IMG/VR virus record: IMGVR_UViG_3300032285_001531
DNA from: a virus
Lineage: Duplodnaviria > Caudoviricetes
Strand: one strand, 5' to 3'
Length of the DNA: 64,000 nt
The notes beneath the pieces are model-generated. The model was not told the DNA's origin. It searched no databases and was given only the letters and a program-made list of their open reading frames with translations. The position numbers were made by a program, and so were the translations under genes. Shown piece after piece: positions 45,889 through 57,900 of this stretch; the first letter of the stretch is position 1; every line of letters begins with the position of its first letter.

Positions 45889-47287
45889 CCGAGACGTTCA
45901 GCAACTCTTTTTACAAATGATGCTAACAAATGCAGAATTGTACACTAGAGTTATGAACATTATGAATCCTCAAAACTTTGAGAAGTCACTACGACCAGTG
46001 GCTGAGTTTATGACGGAGTATAGTGAGAAGTATAGTTTGTTACCTGATGCTGCACAGATCAAAGCAACAACAGGAGTTGACATTGAACTTATAGATGATT
46101 TCAGTGATAAACATACTGAATGGTTCTTAGCAGAATTTGAATCATTCACTAAACGTCAGGAACTTGAGAGTGCGATTCTTAAAGCAGCCGACTTACTAGA
46201 GAAGGGTGACTTTGGCCCTGTTGAGAAACTAATTAAAGATGCAGTACAGATTAGTTTACAACGTGACATGGGTACAGATTACTTTGCTGACCCTAAACTT
46301 AGATTGAACAAATACTTTAATGCAGGTGGACAACAAAGCACAGGCTGGCCACAGATGGATAGATTACTCTATGGTGGATTCAGTCGTGGCGAATTGAATA
46401 TCTTTGCAGGTGGCTCAGGTTCAGGTAAGTCATTGGTTATGATGAACATTGCATTGAATTGGTTACAGATGGGCTTAAGCGGTGTTTATATCTCATTAGA
46501 ACTTTCAGAAGAACTAACCTCACTGAGAACTGATGCGATGTTAACTAGTATGAGTACAAAGGATATCCGTAAAGATATGGATACAACTGAACTCAAAGTT
46601 AAGATGGTAGGTAAGAAAGCAGGACAATATCGTGTTAAAGGATTACCTGCACAAAGTAACGTCAATGACATTCGTAGCTATCTAAAAGAAGTACAAATTC
46701 AGACTGGCATGAGAGTTGACTTTGTTATGATTGACTACTTGGATCTAGTTATGCCGGTATCAGTTAAAGTCAATCCAAATGACCAGTTTATCAAAGACAA
46801 ATATGTATCAGAAGAATTGCGTAATCTGTCAAAGGAACTTGGTATATTGATGGTAACAGCTAGTCAGTTGAATCGTAGCGCAGTTGAAGAAATTGAATTT
46901 GATCATAGTCATATCGCAGGTGGTATATCTAAGATTAACACAGCAGATAATGTGTTCGGTATCTTTACAAGCCGTAGTATGCGTGAGCGTGGCAAGTATC
47001 AGATTCAATGTATGAAATCTCGTAGTAGTACAGGGGTAGGACAAAAGATAGATTTAGAGTATAATATCGAAACCATGAGAATTACAGACAGCGGGGAAGA
47101 GAGTGATAGTACAAAATACAACAATCCTCAACCCAGCGTCAATGCACTTATGAACAGTCTGAAACCTAGCAGCACAGTAACCTCTGCGACTTATTCTAGC
47201 GAAGAAGAGGATTATGAGGGTCCAAAAGTAGTAGCAAATGTACAGGGTGCAAAACTCAAAGCAATGTTGAATAATCTTAAAAAGTGA
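45872..47287 (+). CDS. gp41: Replicative helicase (gp41/DnaB-like)
   Basis: AGGSGSGKS, SLEL, IDYLDL, ASQLNR and MKSR. Confidence 0.92.
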   Translation: MLKEYNRDVQQLFLQMMLTNAELYTRVMNIMNPQNFEKSLRPVAEFMTEYSEKYSLLPDAAQIKATTGVDIELIDDFSDKHTEWFLAEFESFTKRQELESAILKAADLLEKGDFGPVEKLIKDAVQISLQRDMGTDYFADPKLRLNKYFNAGGQQSTGWPQMDRLLYGGFSRGELNIFAGGSGSGKSLVMMNIALNWLQMGLSGVYISLELSEELTSLRTDAMLTSMSTKDIRKDMDTTELKVKMVGKKAGQYRVKGLPAQSNVNDIRSYLKEVQIQTGMRVDFVMIDYLDLVMPVSVKVNPNDQFIKDKYVSEELRNLSKELGILMVTASQLNRSAVEEIEFDHSHIAGGISKINTADNVFGIFTSRSMRERGKYQIQCMKSRSSTGVGQKIDLEYNIETMRITDSGEESDSTKYNNPQPSVNALMNSLKPSSTVTSATYSSEEEDYEGPKVVANVQGAKLKAMLNNLKK

Positions 47288-47313
47288 CTAAATACTATTG
47301 GGACTCAAATATT

Positions 47314-47568
47314 ATGGAACGAAAAACTCGCAGTTTATTAGAAGAATTAGAAGCTCTGGGAAATAACAGAGATACTAAGCACGTTATTGAAAGTCGTGCC
47401 CATAATATCATTACCAGCGCAATTAATCTCATAGAAATGATTAATAAGCACTATGACCCTGAAAAAGCTTTGATCTTAGAGAAGAAATTGTTAGCTTCCA
47501 TCAAGTACAAGGATCAGGCTCGATTCTCAAAAAGTATTAAAAAATCAGATGAAACTCCAGGAAGTTGA
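47314..47568 (+). CDS. hypothetical late protein; start probably 47314
   Basis: TAAATA at 47289-47294. Confidence 0.7.
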   Translation: MERKTRSLLEELEALGNNRDTKHVIESRAHNIITSAINLIEMINKHYDPEKALILEKKLLASIKYKDQARFSKSIKKSDETPGS

Positions 47569-48268
47569 TACAGAAGTAACTGAAGGTATAATGGACCTTG
47601 TTAAGGGTGTATCCAACACAATGGGTGCGGCTATGGGCAGTCGTGCTAACAGAAAAGAATTAGAAAATCAACAGGCCAAAAAAAACTTCACAAGTATGTT
47701 TGTTAAAAAGATGCTTGGAGTAATCTCAGGGCAATGGCTAGAAGTGCAGCAACGTCAAAATGAATTACAACAACAAGCAGAATTAGTCCAACAACAATAT
47801 AATGCTAAGGGTAAGAATTTACAGATTGCTGCAAATCCTGCAGCAGCAGAAGCAGAACGTAACGCAGCAGCTCCTGTTCCAGCGGTATCAGAATCATATA
47901 GTTTTTTCAATGATTTGGTTGAGGCTGCAGCGAAACAACCTCCACCGCAGGTCAAGAAAATAACAATGGCAGACTATCTAGTCAAAGTGATTATGCAGTA
48001 TATGCAGGGTGTGAATATTCAACCGCAAATGGCTTCAATTACACAAATGTGTAAAATGGTTGAATTGACGTATGCACAAAATCATGGACTTCCTGCACTA
48101 AGAAAACTAGGGGATATGCTATACGATTTAGCAGCAGACCAAAAAGCAAAGTCTGCCCCTGCTGTTCCCGAACCAGAAAGCCCAACAGAGAAAACTATTA
48201 TTTCTTTATTCAAACAACTCGATCCAAACGAGCAGAAAGCTGTTTTAGCCAAGCTAAAACCATCCTAA
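47549..48268 (+). CDS. hypothetical protein (MKLQEV N-terminus)
   Basis: Operonic ORF. Confidence 0.65.
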   Translation: MKLQEVDTEVTEGIMDLVKGVSNTMGAAMGSRANRKELENQQAKKNFTSMFVKKMLGVISGQWLEVQQRQNELQQQAELVQQQYNAKGKNLQIAANPAAAEAERNAAAPVPAVSESYSFFNDLVEAAAKQPPPQVKKITMADYLVKVIMQYMQGVNIQPQMASITQMCKMVELTYAQNHGLPALRKLGDMLYDLAADQKAKSAPAVPEPESPTEKTIISLFKQLDPNEQKAVLAKLKPS

Positions 48269-48355
48269 AACATTACCCTAAATCACATTTTTTTGTAAAA
48301 GGACTAAATAAAAGTAGAGCCTTTGAAAGCTCACATTTTATAAAGGAAAAATATC

Positions 48356-48760
48356 ATGGCATCATTCGCAAGAACACACGGTGATTTACAACCAGTAATG
48401 AACTATGACACCGGCGCATACACAGTCGGTTCAGCAAACGCATTAGTAAGCGGAGCATCAGTACAACCAGCAGGTCCAAAGCTAGACTTCTTCACAATCG
48501 AAGGCGCTTATATCGACAATGCAAGTACTGAAAGCGGCAACGTTTATTTACTAATCAACGCAATTCAGCAATTAGCAACAATTCACATGTATCAATGGAC
48601 AGACGCAGGTTCAAATGGTACATTAGCAATTGGTGTATATCCAACTCAAGCTTTCTCAACCGATGGTTCAGTTGGCGCAAACTTGACTTCAGTATGTCAA
48701 GCAGCAGTTAGCTCAGTAGTTTGCAGCAACTCAGCTACATTCACTTCTTCACAAACTTAA
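48356..48760 (+). CDS. Highly expressed structural protein (134 aa)
   Basis: Strong TTC/AAC/ATC codon bias; late promoter at 48305; terminator follows. Confidence 0.7.
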   Translation: MASFARTHGDLQPVMNYDTGAYTVGSANALVSGASVQPAGPKLDFFTIEGAYIDNASTESGNVYLLINAIQQLATIHMYQWTDAGSNGTLAIGVYPTQAFSTDGSVGANLTSVCQAAVSSVVCSNSATFTSSQT

Positions 48761-48780
48761 TTTAAAGTTTTTGAATATAA

Positions 48781-48809
48781 AAGGCCCAAGAATTTCTTGG
48801 GCTTTTTTT
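48781..48809 (+). terminator. Rho-independent terminator
   Basis: AAGGCCCAAG-AATTT-CTTGGGCTTTTTTT. Confidence 0.85.
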
Positions 48810-48826
48810 ACCTCATTAAATAGTGT

Positions 48827-49252
48827 ATGGCAATTAATATTAGATGTTACACACTGTTTGACATTACTAAAACCAATGTCACTAACCGAAGACCTCCCCC
48901 AGAGTCTAGTCCTGAGGAGATTAAAGTTTGGCAAGAAAAACGTAATACACAGTGTAATTTAGATACTATAACTCAGGTGATATCCATTAGGGCACAACCC
49001 GAAAATCTCACTGATCCTGTACGAAAAGAAATAGAAAAATCTGTTTTTGGAACAGAATTAACACCAACTCATTATTGGACATTTGATTTTACTATCAATT
49101 ATGCCCAAGTATTCACTGATGATTCAGGTGAATTGGGTGCGTTATTTTCTGATTGTACTAATGTTCCTATGATTAACACAACCCAAGCAGTCATGCTCTC
49201 TTACTTAGATACCACTGTAGAAAAAAGAAACATTTATTTTGAGGTTTTGTGA
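48827..49252 (+). CDS. hypothetical late protein
   Basis: TAAATA 4 nt before the ATG. Confidence 0.7.
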   Translation: MAINIRCYTLFDITKTNVTNRRPPPESSPEEIKVWQEKRNTQCNLDTITQVISIRAQPENLTDPVRKEIEKSVFGTELTPTHYWTFDFTINYAQVFTDDSGELGALFSDCTNVPMINTTQAVMLSYLDTTVEKRNIYFEVL

Positions 49253-49253
49253 T

Positions 49254-49718
49254 ATGAATGATAAACAATTATTTCAAGCCCTAGAAAAAATAATCAATGA
49301 AAACACAGTCAATAAGATAAAGAATACGGCTGTGATAAAAGAAGGTGATCAATATAGATTATTTGAAAAATATATCGTCAAGAAAACTAAAGTGGGTTTT
49401 CAGGTCACTAGAATATCTGACGATAATTCTAAATTATTCACTAGTATTAAATATGCAGTAACCTGGGCAACATTGGACAAGAGGAATTTAATTGTAGAAG
49501 CTAATCGTGTATTACAATTGGATGATATTTTAGCAGGGTTAGAAGTGTCTACAAAGCTACTTGAAAAGTACAATAAAAAGACTCAGAATTTTATATATCT
49601 AAACAAATTAAACGAAAACAGACTAAAAAGGGTCAGTCTTATTAAGGAATTAGACAGCTATACCGTCAAGGCCAAGCAATGGCAAATGACTCAATTTGCT
49701 CAAAGTTCCTATAAATAA
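49254..49718 (+). CDS. hypothetical protein; start probably 49254
   Basis: ATG 1 nt after the previous stop. Confidence 0.65.
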   Translation: MNDKQLFQALEKIINENTVNKIKNTAVIKEGDQYRLFEKYIVKKTKVGFQVTRISDDNSKLFTSIKYAVTWATLDKRNLIVEANRVLQLDDILAGLEVSTKLLEKYNKKTQNFIYLNKLNENRLKRVSLIKELDSYTVKAKQWQMTQFAQSSYK

Positions 49719-49761
49719 GATATAGAATGATAAATACTATTATCAGCTTTTGGGAAAAACT

Positions 49762-50469
49762 ATGAAACTTACCGAATTTAACAAAAAGCCACATTTGATG
49801 GCAAAGAAAGCTCTAAAAGAGAACTTTAACACCGACATTAACTTAGAAAAGATGAATCTTAGCGAAACTAGAAATATGCTAGGAAAAGTCAAATCATTAA
49901 TTAGTGAAGTTAGAGATACTAACAATGTTTACTCCAGTGAAACCAATCCAACTTATTTAAAGTTAGTGTTCATGGAGCAAGCACTAAGCAACTACTATAA
50001 TGAGTTGAAATATCAACCTGAACACAATGGCAGAATCGTCATTGAAAACGAAAACGTTGAGCAAGCTCAAGTTGTTTTAGCAGCTAAAGATATGATTGAC
50101 AGTGTACAGAAAATGATTGAAGATGTTTCTGACATGTTAGTTAAAGAACTGCCTGCAGTTGTTGACAGCGTATCTGCTGAAATTGGCACTAATGAAGCTG
50201 AACAGTTTAATGGTCAAGCTACTGATGCGTTATCAGGTTTACAAGCAGCATTAACACAAGCTAAGACAGGTCTACAAGGCGCATTAGGTATTGTAACTGG
50301 TCAAGGCGGTGGATTTGGTGCTGGCATGGGTGCAGGATTAGATGGTGGTTTAGATGAACCTAAACTAGATGCTATGGATGATCAAGCAGAAGAATTGCCA
50401 ATGCCACCAGAAGCAGATGAAGAACCAGAAGAACTACCTACTCCGGGTGTTGGACGCGGTAAAAGATAA
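49762..50469 (+). CDS. hypothetical late protein (MKLTEF), acidic C-terminus
   Basis: TAAATA at 49731. Confidence 0.7.
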   Translation: MKLTEFNKKPHLMAKKALKENFNTDINLEKMNLSETRNMLGKVKSLISEVRDTNNVYSSETNPTYLKLVFMEQALSNYYNELKYQPEHNGRIVIENENVEQAQVVLAAKDMIDSVQKMIEDVSDMLVKELPAVVDSVSAEIGTNEAEQFNGQATDALSGLQAALTQAKTGLQGALGIVTGQGGGFGAGMGAGLDGGLDEPKLDAMDDQAEELPMPPEADEEPEELPTPGVGRGKR

Positions 50470-50471
50470 TA

Positions 50472-50798
50472 ATGCGTTTATTTGAGTTTGCTAGTGATGA
50501 TCCTCTACGTATTAAGTTGGTTGCAATAACTGATCAACTTAAGGATAGATACCAGCATTCTAGCAAACCAATGTCTACAGATGCATTCTTAGAATTCTTG
50601 AGTGATAACGATATCACAGTTGGTATAGAAGACCTAAGAGACATGATTCAAAAACCACCCTTAGTTAATATCATTGATGACATCAAAGGTGATAATGTTA
50701 TATTTAAAGGTCAACAACAAGAACCAAGACTCCCGACAAGCCCTGATCAAGCAGAAAAAACAGTTGCTAACATGGCCAAACATGCTATAAAAAAATAA
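50472..50798 (+). CDS. hypothetical protein (MRLFEF)
   Basis: Operonic ORF. Confidence 0.7.
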   Translation: MRLFEFASDDPLRIKLVAITDQLKDRYQHSSKPMSTDAFLEFLSDNDITVGIEDLRDMIQKPPLVNIIDDIKGDNVIFKGQQQEPRLPTSPDQAEKTVANMAKHAIKK

Positions 50799-50800
50799 CC

Positions 50801-51127
50801 GTGATAACAGTTACAGAAAAAGCAGCTATCAAAATCAAAAAACATTTAGAAAAAAGAGGTAAGGGTATTGGTATCCTTGTAGGTGTTAATACTACTGGAT
50901 GCAGTGGATTAGCATATAAACTAGAATATGTTGATGACTTACCAAATAAGGGTGAGTACATGACATTCAATAGCAATGATATTATCATAGTAGTCAGTCA
51001 AAAAGACCTCCCCTACATTGATGGTATGAAAATGGAATGGAAGCGTGAAGGATTAAATGAGGGATTTGACTTTATTAATCCAAATGAAACAGCACGTTGC
51101 GGTTGCGGAGAAAGTTTCACCGTTTAA
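50801..51127 (+). CDS. iscA: A-type Fe-S cluster carrier (IscA/HesB family)
   Basis: ITVTEKAA, TTGCSGLAY, FDFINPN and RCGCGESF. Confidence 0.93.
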   Translation: MITVTEKAAIKIKKHLEKRGKGIGILVGVNTTGCSGLAYKLEYVDDLPNKGEYMTFNSNDIIIVVSQKDLPYIDGMKMEWKREGLNEGFDFINPNETARCGCGESFTV

Positions 51128-51163
51128 CTTGTAGCATGTTTGACAACATGTTATAATAATTGC

Positions 51164-51850
51164 ATGTATAATCCCACTAAATTCAATTATCAACGATTCG
51201 ATAGAGTAACAATCAATGGTTCACGTAAATATGCTACACCAGATGGTGAAAAGCTACCAAGTGTAACAACAATCCTAGAAGCAACTAAAAGTGAAGAAAG
51301 TAAACAAGCACTTAATGAGTGGCGCAAACGTGTAGGTGTTAAGAAAGCACAAGAGATTACCACAGAAGCAGCAGGACGTGGTACACGTATGCACAAATGG
51401 ATAGAAGATTACATTAAGACTGGTGTGATCGGTGATCCAGGAAGTAATCCGTATAGCATACAAAGCCATAAAATGGCTCAGGAGATTATAGGCAAAGGTC
51501 TAGTTAACTGCAATGAAGCTTGGGGTGTAGAGGTTCCATTATATCTCCCTAAAATCTATGCAGGCACCACTGATTTATGTGGTGTACATGATGGACAAGA
51601 AGCTATTATGGATCACAAGCAAAGCAACAAAGTCAAAAAGCGTGAGTGGATTGAGGATTATTTCGTACAATCTGCTGCATATGCTGAAGCACACAATGAA
51701 GTATATGGAACTAAGATACGTAAGGGTGTTATTTTCATGTGTACTGCAGATGTTCAGTACCTAGAATTCATAGTCGAAGGCACTGAGTTTGACAAATACA
51801 GAGATATTTGGTTCCGTAAAGTGGAGGAATATTACACCAAGTTTCTATAG
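51164..51850 (+). CDS. PD-(D/E)XK exonuclease (Cas4-like phage family); start probably 51164
   Basis: LPSVTTIL, RGTRMH, E...AGTTD...DHK and QSAAY. Confidence 0.85.
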   Translation: MYNPTKFNYQRFDRVTINGSRKYATPDGEKLPSVTTILEATKSEESKQALNEWRKRVGVKKAQEITTEAAGRGTRMHKWIEDYIKTGVIGDPGSNPYSIQSHKMAQEIIGKGLVNCNEAWGVEVPLYLPKIYAGTTDLCGVHDGQEAIMDHKQSNKVKKREWIEDYFVQSAAYAEAHNEVYGTKIRKGVIFMCTADVQYLEFIVEGTEFDKYRDIWFRKVEEYYTKFL

Positions 51851-51908
51851 TTTCTAATCCAAATTAGATTGATAAATAGTATAATCATCTTTTCATAAGA
51901 ATTATACT

Positions 51909-54900
51909 ATGGCAATAATACAACTTTCCAAAATTCAACACCGTACAGGGGCTAACGTAGATTTGCCCCAACTAGCTGAGGGCGAATTAGGTTTCGCCAC
52001 AGACGAGCGTAGACTTTACATAGGTAATGACGCAAATCTGTTTCCCCCTTTAGGGACTAGTACTACTACTCAGACTGAGATACTCACAGAGGTTTCTACT
52101 CTGAATTGGTCAAGACTGGGTGGTTCTGCAAATACAACATTAAACATAGAGGCCCCTGTAGAAGATGGGCAGTTAATTGTTGCTAATTCAAATACATGGA
52201 CTAATGCAGGTGGTACTTCAGCTTTGCCTATCAATTTAGGTAATATTCAAAATCTTAATATCGGTGGTGGTTTAAATGGATATGTACTTACAACTGACGG
52301 CTCAGGTAATCTAAGCTGGCAGGGTAGCGGTGTTGTGACATATGCTGTTGCTAATGTTTCACAAGCTAATCCTGCAGTCGTAACAACTACTGAAGATAAT
52401 GCAATCTTAACTGGATTGCAAGTTACAATCTTTGGTGTTGGTGGTATGACCCAGCTAAAGACAGCCGGTGCAAGTGGCACAAACAAATTCTATGTAGTAA
52501 AACAATCTAACAGTACATTCACCCTGTACTCGGACAGTACATTATTATCAGCAGTTAACAGTTCGGCATTTACTGCAGCAGTTCCTAATACAGGTAATGC
52601 AGTCACATCATTCTATGAAAACGGCACAGGTAATCCAGGTGGTGGAAATAGAAATATTCAATTCAATGATGGTTCTGGATTATTTGGTGGTATTGGTACT
52701 TTTACATTTGATAAAACTACTTCTAATTTAAGTTTAACCGGTAATGCAAACATAACATATGATATTGCTGCAAATAATTTCATAGGTAAGTTTACAGGAC
52801 CAATAGGAAACACAACAGCCAATACAGGTAACTTTACGACTATCAATGCTGCTTCTACTATTAGCACTTCAGGAAATGTTTCTGCAGGTGGTAATGTAGT
52901 AGTCACTGGAAATATAAGCACAGGTAGTAATTTAACAACAGCAGGCAATTTAAGTGTAACAGGTAATACTAAGTTAACAGGTAAATTGTCAATGGGTGGT
53001 AATATAGTAGGCAATTTAGTACCAGATGCTGACATCACTTATAATTTAGGTAGTCCAACAAGACGTTGGAAAGATTTATACATATCAAGTAACTCACTCG
53101 TTATTGGTAATGGTACATTATCTACTAGTCCTACTGGTGACTTTAATTTTTCAAACTCAAACATAACAACATTAAATGCTAATTTAGGTAATCTAGCAAC
53201 TGCTAATTTCTTAGGCGGCACACTAATTGCATCATCAAGTTCACAACCTAACATATCAACTGTTGGTAATCTAACAAGTTTGAATGTTGCTGGTATAAGT
53301 AATTTAGGTCCAGTAAACAATGTGTTTATTGGCAACTCTACTGCAAATTATGTATTAACTGCTACTGATGCAAATGGAACCATGCGTTGGTTACCAACCC
53401 AGTATATTGAAACTCCTGCTAAAGGCTCAAATCAAAGCGTACAGTTTAATGTAGGTAATGTAATTTCTGGCAGTGCTAATTTCTTATTTGATAAAGATTT
53501 TAATAAATTAACAGTTCCTAACCTTGTTGTCGGAACAACAATTAACGGCAATGCCACTATTAGTGTTACTGGTAATATAACTGGTAATGCCATTAACGCA
53601 ACTACACTTAATGTTAGTGGTGCTGTAATCGCATCAAACACAGTTAGTGCTGCAGGCAATCTTACATCAAACGGTATACTTACTGTTAATAACAATGCAG
53701 CTATCACTGGTAATTTAAGTTTAACTGGAACCATTACTGCTAATCTTACAAATGCAGGCAATGTAAGTGTATCAGGTAATACAACTACTTCACGTTTATC
53801 TGTAGTATCTAATGTAGTTGCTAACGGTAATATTACTGGTGGTAATATATTAACATTGGGTAGTATATCTGCTGGTGGTAATGTAGATGCAAATAATCTA
53901 AATGCAGCAGGCAATGTCATCATTACTGGACAAGCAAACGCAGTGCGTTTTGTAGCTAGTGCAGAAATTAAAGCTGGTCAATATATTCAAGCTGCTGGTA
54001 AAGCATATATCGGTGAAGATGTATTAGCAAATGGTAATGTTTCTGGTGCTAATATTTTAACTTTAGGTAATGTTTCAGCAGGTGGAAACTTAACTATAGC
54101 AGCAAATGCACAAATCAACGGTAATGCTACTATTACTGGCACTATTGCTGGTGGTAATATTACTACTCTTGGCTTAATCAGTGCAAGAGGTAATATCAAT
54201 GGTGCTAATATTACTGCTAATGGATTTATCACCACAACAGGTGATGTAACAGCAAATGGTGCAATATCAGCAAATGGTAATATTACTAGTTTAGGAACAA
54301 TAACAGCTAACGCATTGAACGTTGGTAATGTATCAACAACTGGTAATTTAACAGTCAACAATCTTGCTGTAGCAAACTTTGTAAGTTCATCATTACTACC
54401 AAATGCAGATATTTCTCTTGCATTGGGTGGCCCAACTAAACGTTGGTCAACATTATATGTTGGCAACACAATCAATATTGGTGATAAGACTATTGTTTCA
54501 GATGCAAATGGTATTGGATTTGGTGCTGCATTATTCAATCAAGCTAATGCAAATATTGCTAACTTAAGAACAGCATATGCAAATCTACCAGATACCGGTA
54601 ATATCAAGATACCAGGTGGTACTTTAGGTGCAATTCTTAAAACAGACGGTAATGGTAATATAAGTTGGGGAGCACCTAGTAGCTTTGTATCTGGTGCAGC
54701 CGGGTCAAACACACAAGTTCAGTTTAACGATGCTAATATAATGGCTGGTAGTGCGAACTTTGTATTCAACAAAACAAGTAACACATTAACAGTAGATAAG
54801 ATCATTGCAAATGGTAGTGGTCTAACAGGAATGAATGGTGCAAATGTAACAGGCACAGTAAGTTCTGCTAGTGTAGCAGGAACAGTATCAGTAAATGCAC

Positions 54901-57900
54901 AACCAAATATTAATAGTGTTGGTAATCTAACAGGTCTAGTGGTAGGTAATTTAGGTAATGTTGATTTCAGTAATACAACTGCAGTAACTTTAAACAGTAA
55001 TAGTCTACGAGTTCCAAATGGTTGGACTCCTGGAATGTCAATCATTGCTGTTAGTCCAACCGCTAATAGTAATGCAGACGCAGGAAAATTAAGTTGGGGT
55101 TATTCATCTCTATTACAAAATGGCAATAGTAATGTAGTTGTTGATACTGCTGCAAATATTCGTTTTACTGCCAACGGTGTAGTTAACGTAGTTACTATCG
55201 CAAACACTGGATTATTCACTTCAAATCTAACAGTTAATGCAATTGCTAATTTAGGCTCAGTTAGTAATGTAAAAATTACTGGTGGTGGACCAAATCAAAT
55301 ATTAAGAACAGATGGTAACGGTGTGTTAAGTTGGGTAGCTCCTGCAAGTACTAGTGCATTAGCAAATGCAAATAGTAACATAACAGTTGAAGCCGCAAAT
55401 ATAAATCTATCAGCAAATGGCACACCTAACGTATTACAAGTAACTGCAACCGGTGTTAATATATCTAATGAAACAATATCTGGTACTTCTAATATCGGTA
55501 CATTAAATATAAATGCTATTGCTAATCTTGGTGCAGTTGCTAATATAAGAATTGGAGGTAGTAATGTAGGATGGTTACTGCAATCAAATGGTGCTGGTGG
55601 AGTTGTTTGGACACCGCCAGCAAGTACAAGTGGCTTAACAAATGGTAACAGTAGCGTTTCTGTTGATCAAAACGGTAATATAAGAATAACTGCAAACACT
55701 GCACCTAATGTAGTTGTCATTGCAAATACAGGGCTTTTCACAAGTAATATTTCAGCGACAGGTACATTAACAACAAATGGTATCGCTGTACTAAACAACG
55801 GTAACATAACACTACCGGGTACTGCTAGTACTGCAGGTAAAATATATTGGCCAGGCACTGCTGCTTGCTCAGCACCACAACTTACTACATATTCAGGTGG
55901 TACACGATTAGTATTACAAGACTCTATTGCTACTAGTGGTTCTGCAGGATACACAATGGGTATTGAATCTGGTAATATGTGGTTTGGTACTGATGTAGTT
56001 GCAGCAGGATTTAAATGGTATGGTGGCATAACTCAAATTGCGACATTAAGTAACGCAACTGGATTTAGTACAGTTGGCAATGTTGCCGGTATTAACATTA
56101 ATACAACAGGTAATGTAAGCGCAACAGGTAATGCTAATATTGGTAATAATGTAAACACTGTTAATGTTAATGCAACCGGTAGTATAATAGCAGCTAATAT
56201 CACTGCTAATACAGTCATAAGCACAACTGGTAATATTAACTCAGGCAATGAGAATGTAACCGGTAATGTACAAGCAGGTAACTTAAGAACAACAGGTAAT
56301 GTAAGCGCAACAGGTAACATCACAACTGCAAACTTCTTTGTAGGTAATGGTTATTACTTGACAGGTGTATTAAGAGAACCAACAGCATTAATTGCTAATG
56401 GTACTTTAAGTAATGTCAGCATTCCAGCTGCTAATGGCTCCATCTCAGTAGTAGCAAATAACGTAAGTGTTATGACTATTACTAGTGTTGGTGCAAATAT
56501 CAGTGGTAATGCAAGTATTTCAGGTAATGCTAACGTAGGTAACTTAGGAACTGCGGGTAATGTTACAGCAAATTACTTTATTGGTAATGGTGCATTATTA
56601 ACAGGCATTGCAACAAGCAATCAATTGTTTAATGGAAATAGTAACGTAACTATTGATTCAAATGCTAACGTAAGAATTACTGCAAATGGATCAGCAAACA
56701 TCGTAAGTTACATTGGTAATGGTGTATATCCTGCAAATGCTAACATAGGAGCAATTCAGCCGCAAAATACTTATTATCGTGTTGGTAATGTATATGTATC
56801 ATCTGGTGGCGATTACGGACATTTCTCTACTCATGCATGGTACACTGGCGGTATGTGGATGGGTGATGGTGCAGTTGGCGGATTATTCCAAATAGCAGGA
56901 CCTACATTTAATTGGTTCAAAGGTTCTGCATGTACAAGTGTCACATACACTAGTTTGATGTCACTTGATGCTAATGGAAATTTATTCGCAAATGGTACTA
57001 TATCATCAGTAAGCAATATAACCGGTGTTAATATAATTGGTACTAATATAAGTGCCACAGCTAATGTAACTGGTGGTAATATCATAACTGCTGGTGCAGT
57101 AAGTGCTACTGGTGTAATAAGTACTGCTGGTAATATTGTAAGTAACAGCTATCACTTCTTAAATTCATATGCTGGCGCCACTGAAGGTGGTCAGATTGTT
57201 ATGTCGTTTGCTGGTGGTAACGCTTATGCTAATGCAGTAGCTTCAACATGGAACATAGATGTTGGTCCTGCAAATGACTTCCGTATATTCAATTATAACT
57301 CGGGTGGTGCGGTATCAATTCCATTCATAATTCGTCAATCAAATAATCAAGCAGATTTCACTGGAAATATTGCTACTGGTGCTAATGTTAATGCAGGCAA
57401 TGTTAATACTACCGCTGCAGTATCAGCAGGTGGTAATATTACTACAACACAGTTCTTAAATGCTGGTAGTATGAGTGTTTCTGGCACTATTAATGGTGGC
57501 GCAAATGCTAACATAGCAGGTAATTTAAATCTAACAGGTAATGCAAATGTAATAGGTAAGATAAATGTATCCAATAGCATTAGTATGGCTAATGGCTCTC
57601 TGAACATAATTAATTGGGGTACTGCTGGTTATGCACCGCCTAGTATTGTAGCAGCTTATGGAAATGGCACAAAAATTGTATTGTTTGACAGTAAAACATC
57701 AACTGCTACTGCTCTTGGCTACACAATGGGTATTGATACAAGTACATTCTACTTTACCAGTGATGTAAACTTTAAATGGTATACTAATGGCTCACTAACA
57801 CCAGTAGCAACAATGACTCCTACAGGATTCAGTGTCACTGGCACAGTTAATGCATCCAACTTTGTTGGTAACGGATCTGGTCTTACTGGTATTTCAGCAT

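Noticed and set aside
51164-51850. CRISPR-associated Cas4 / CRISPR array
   Set aside because: No repeat-spacer array or other cas genes seen in the window; this is the common stand-alone phage exonuclease.
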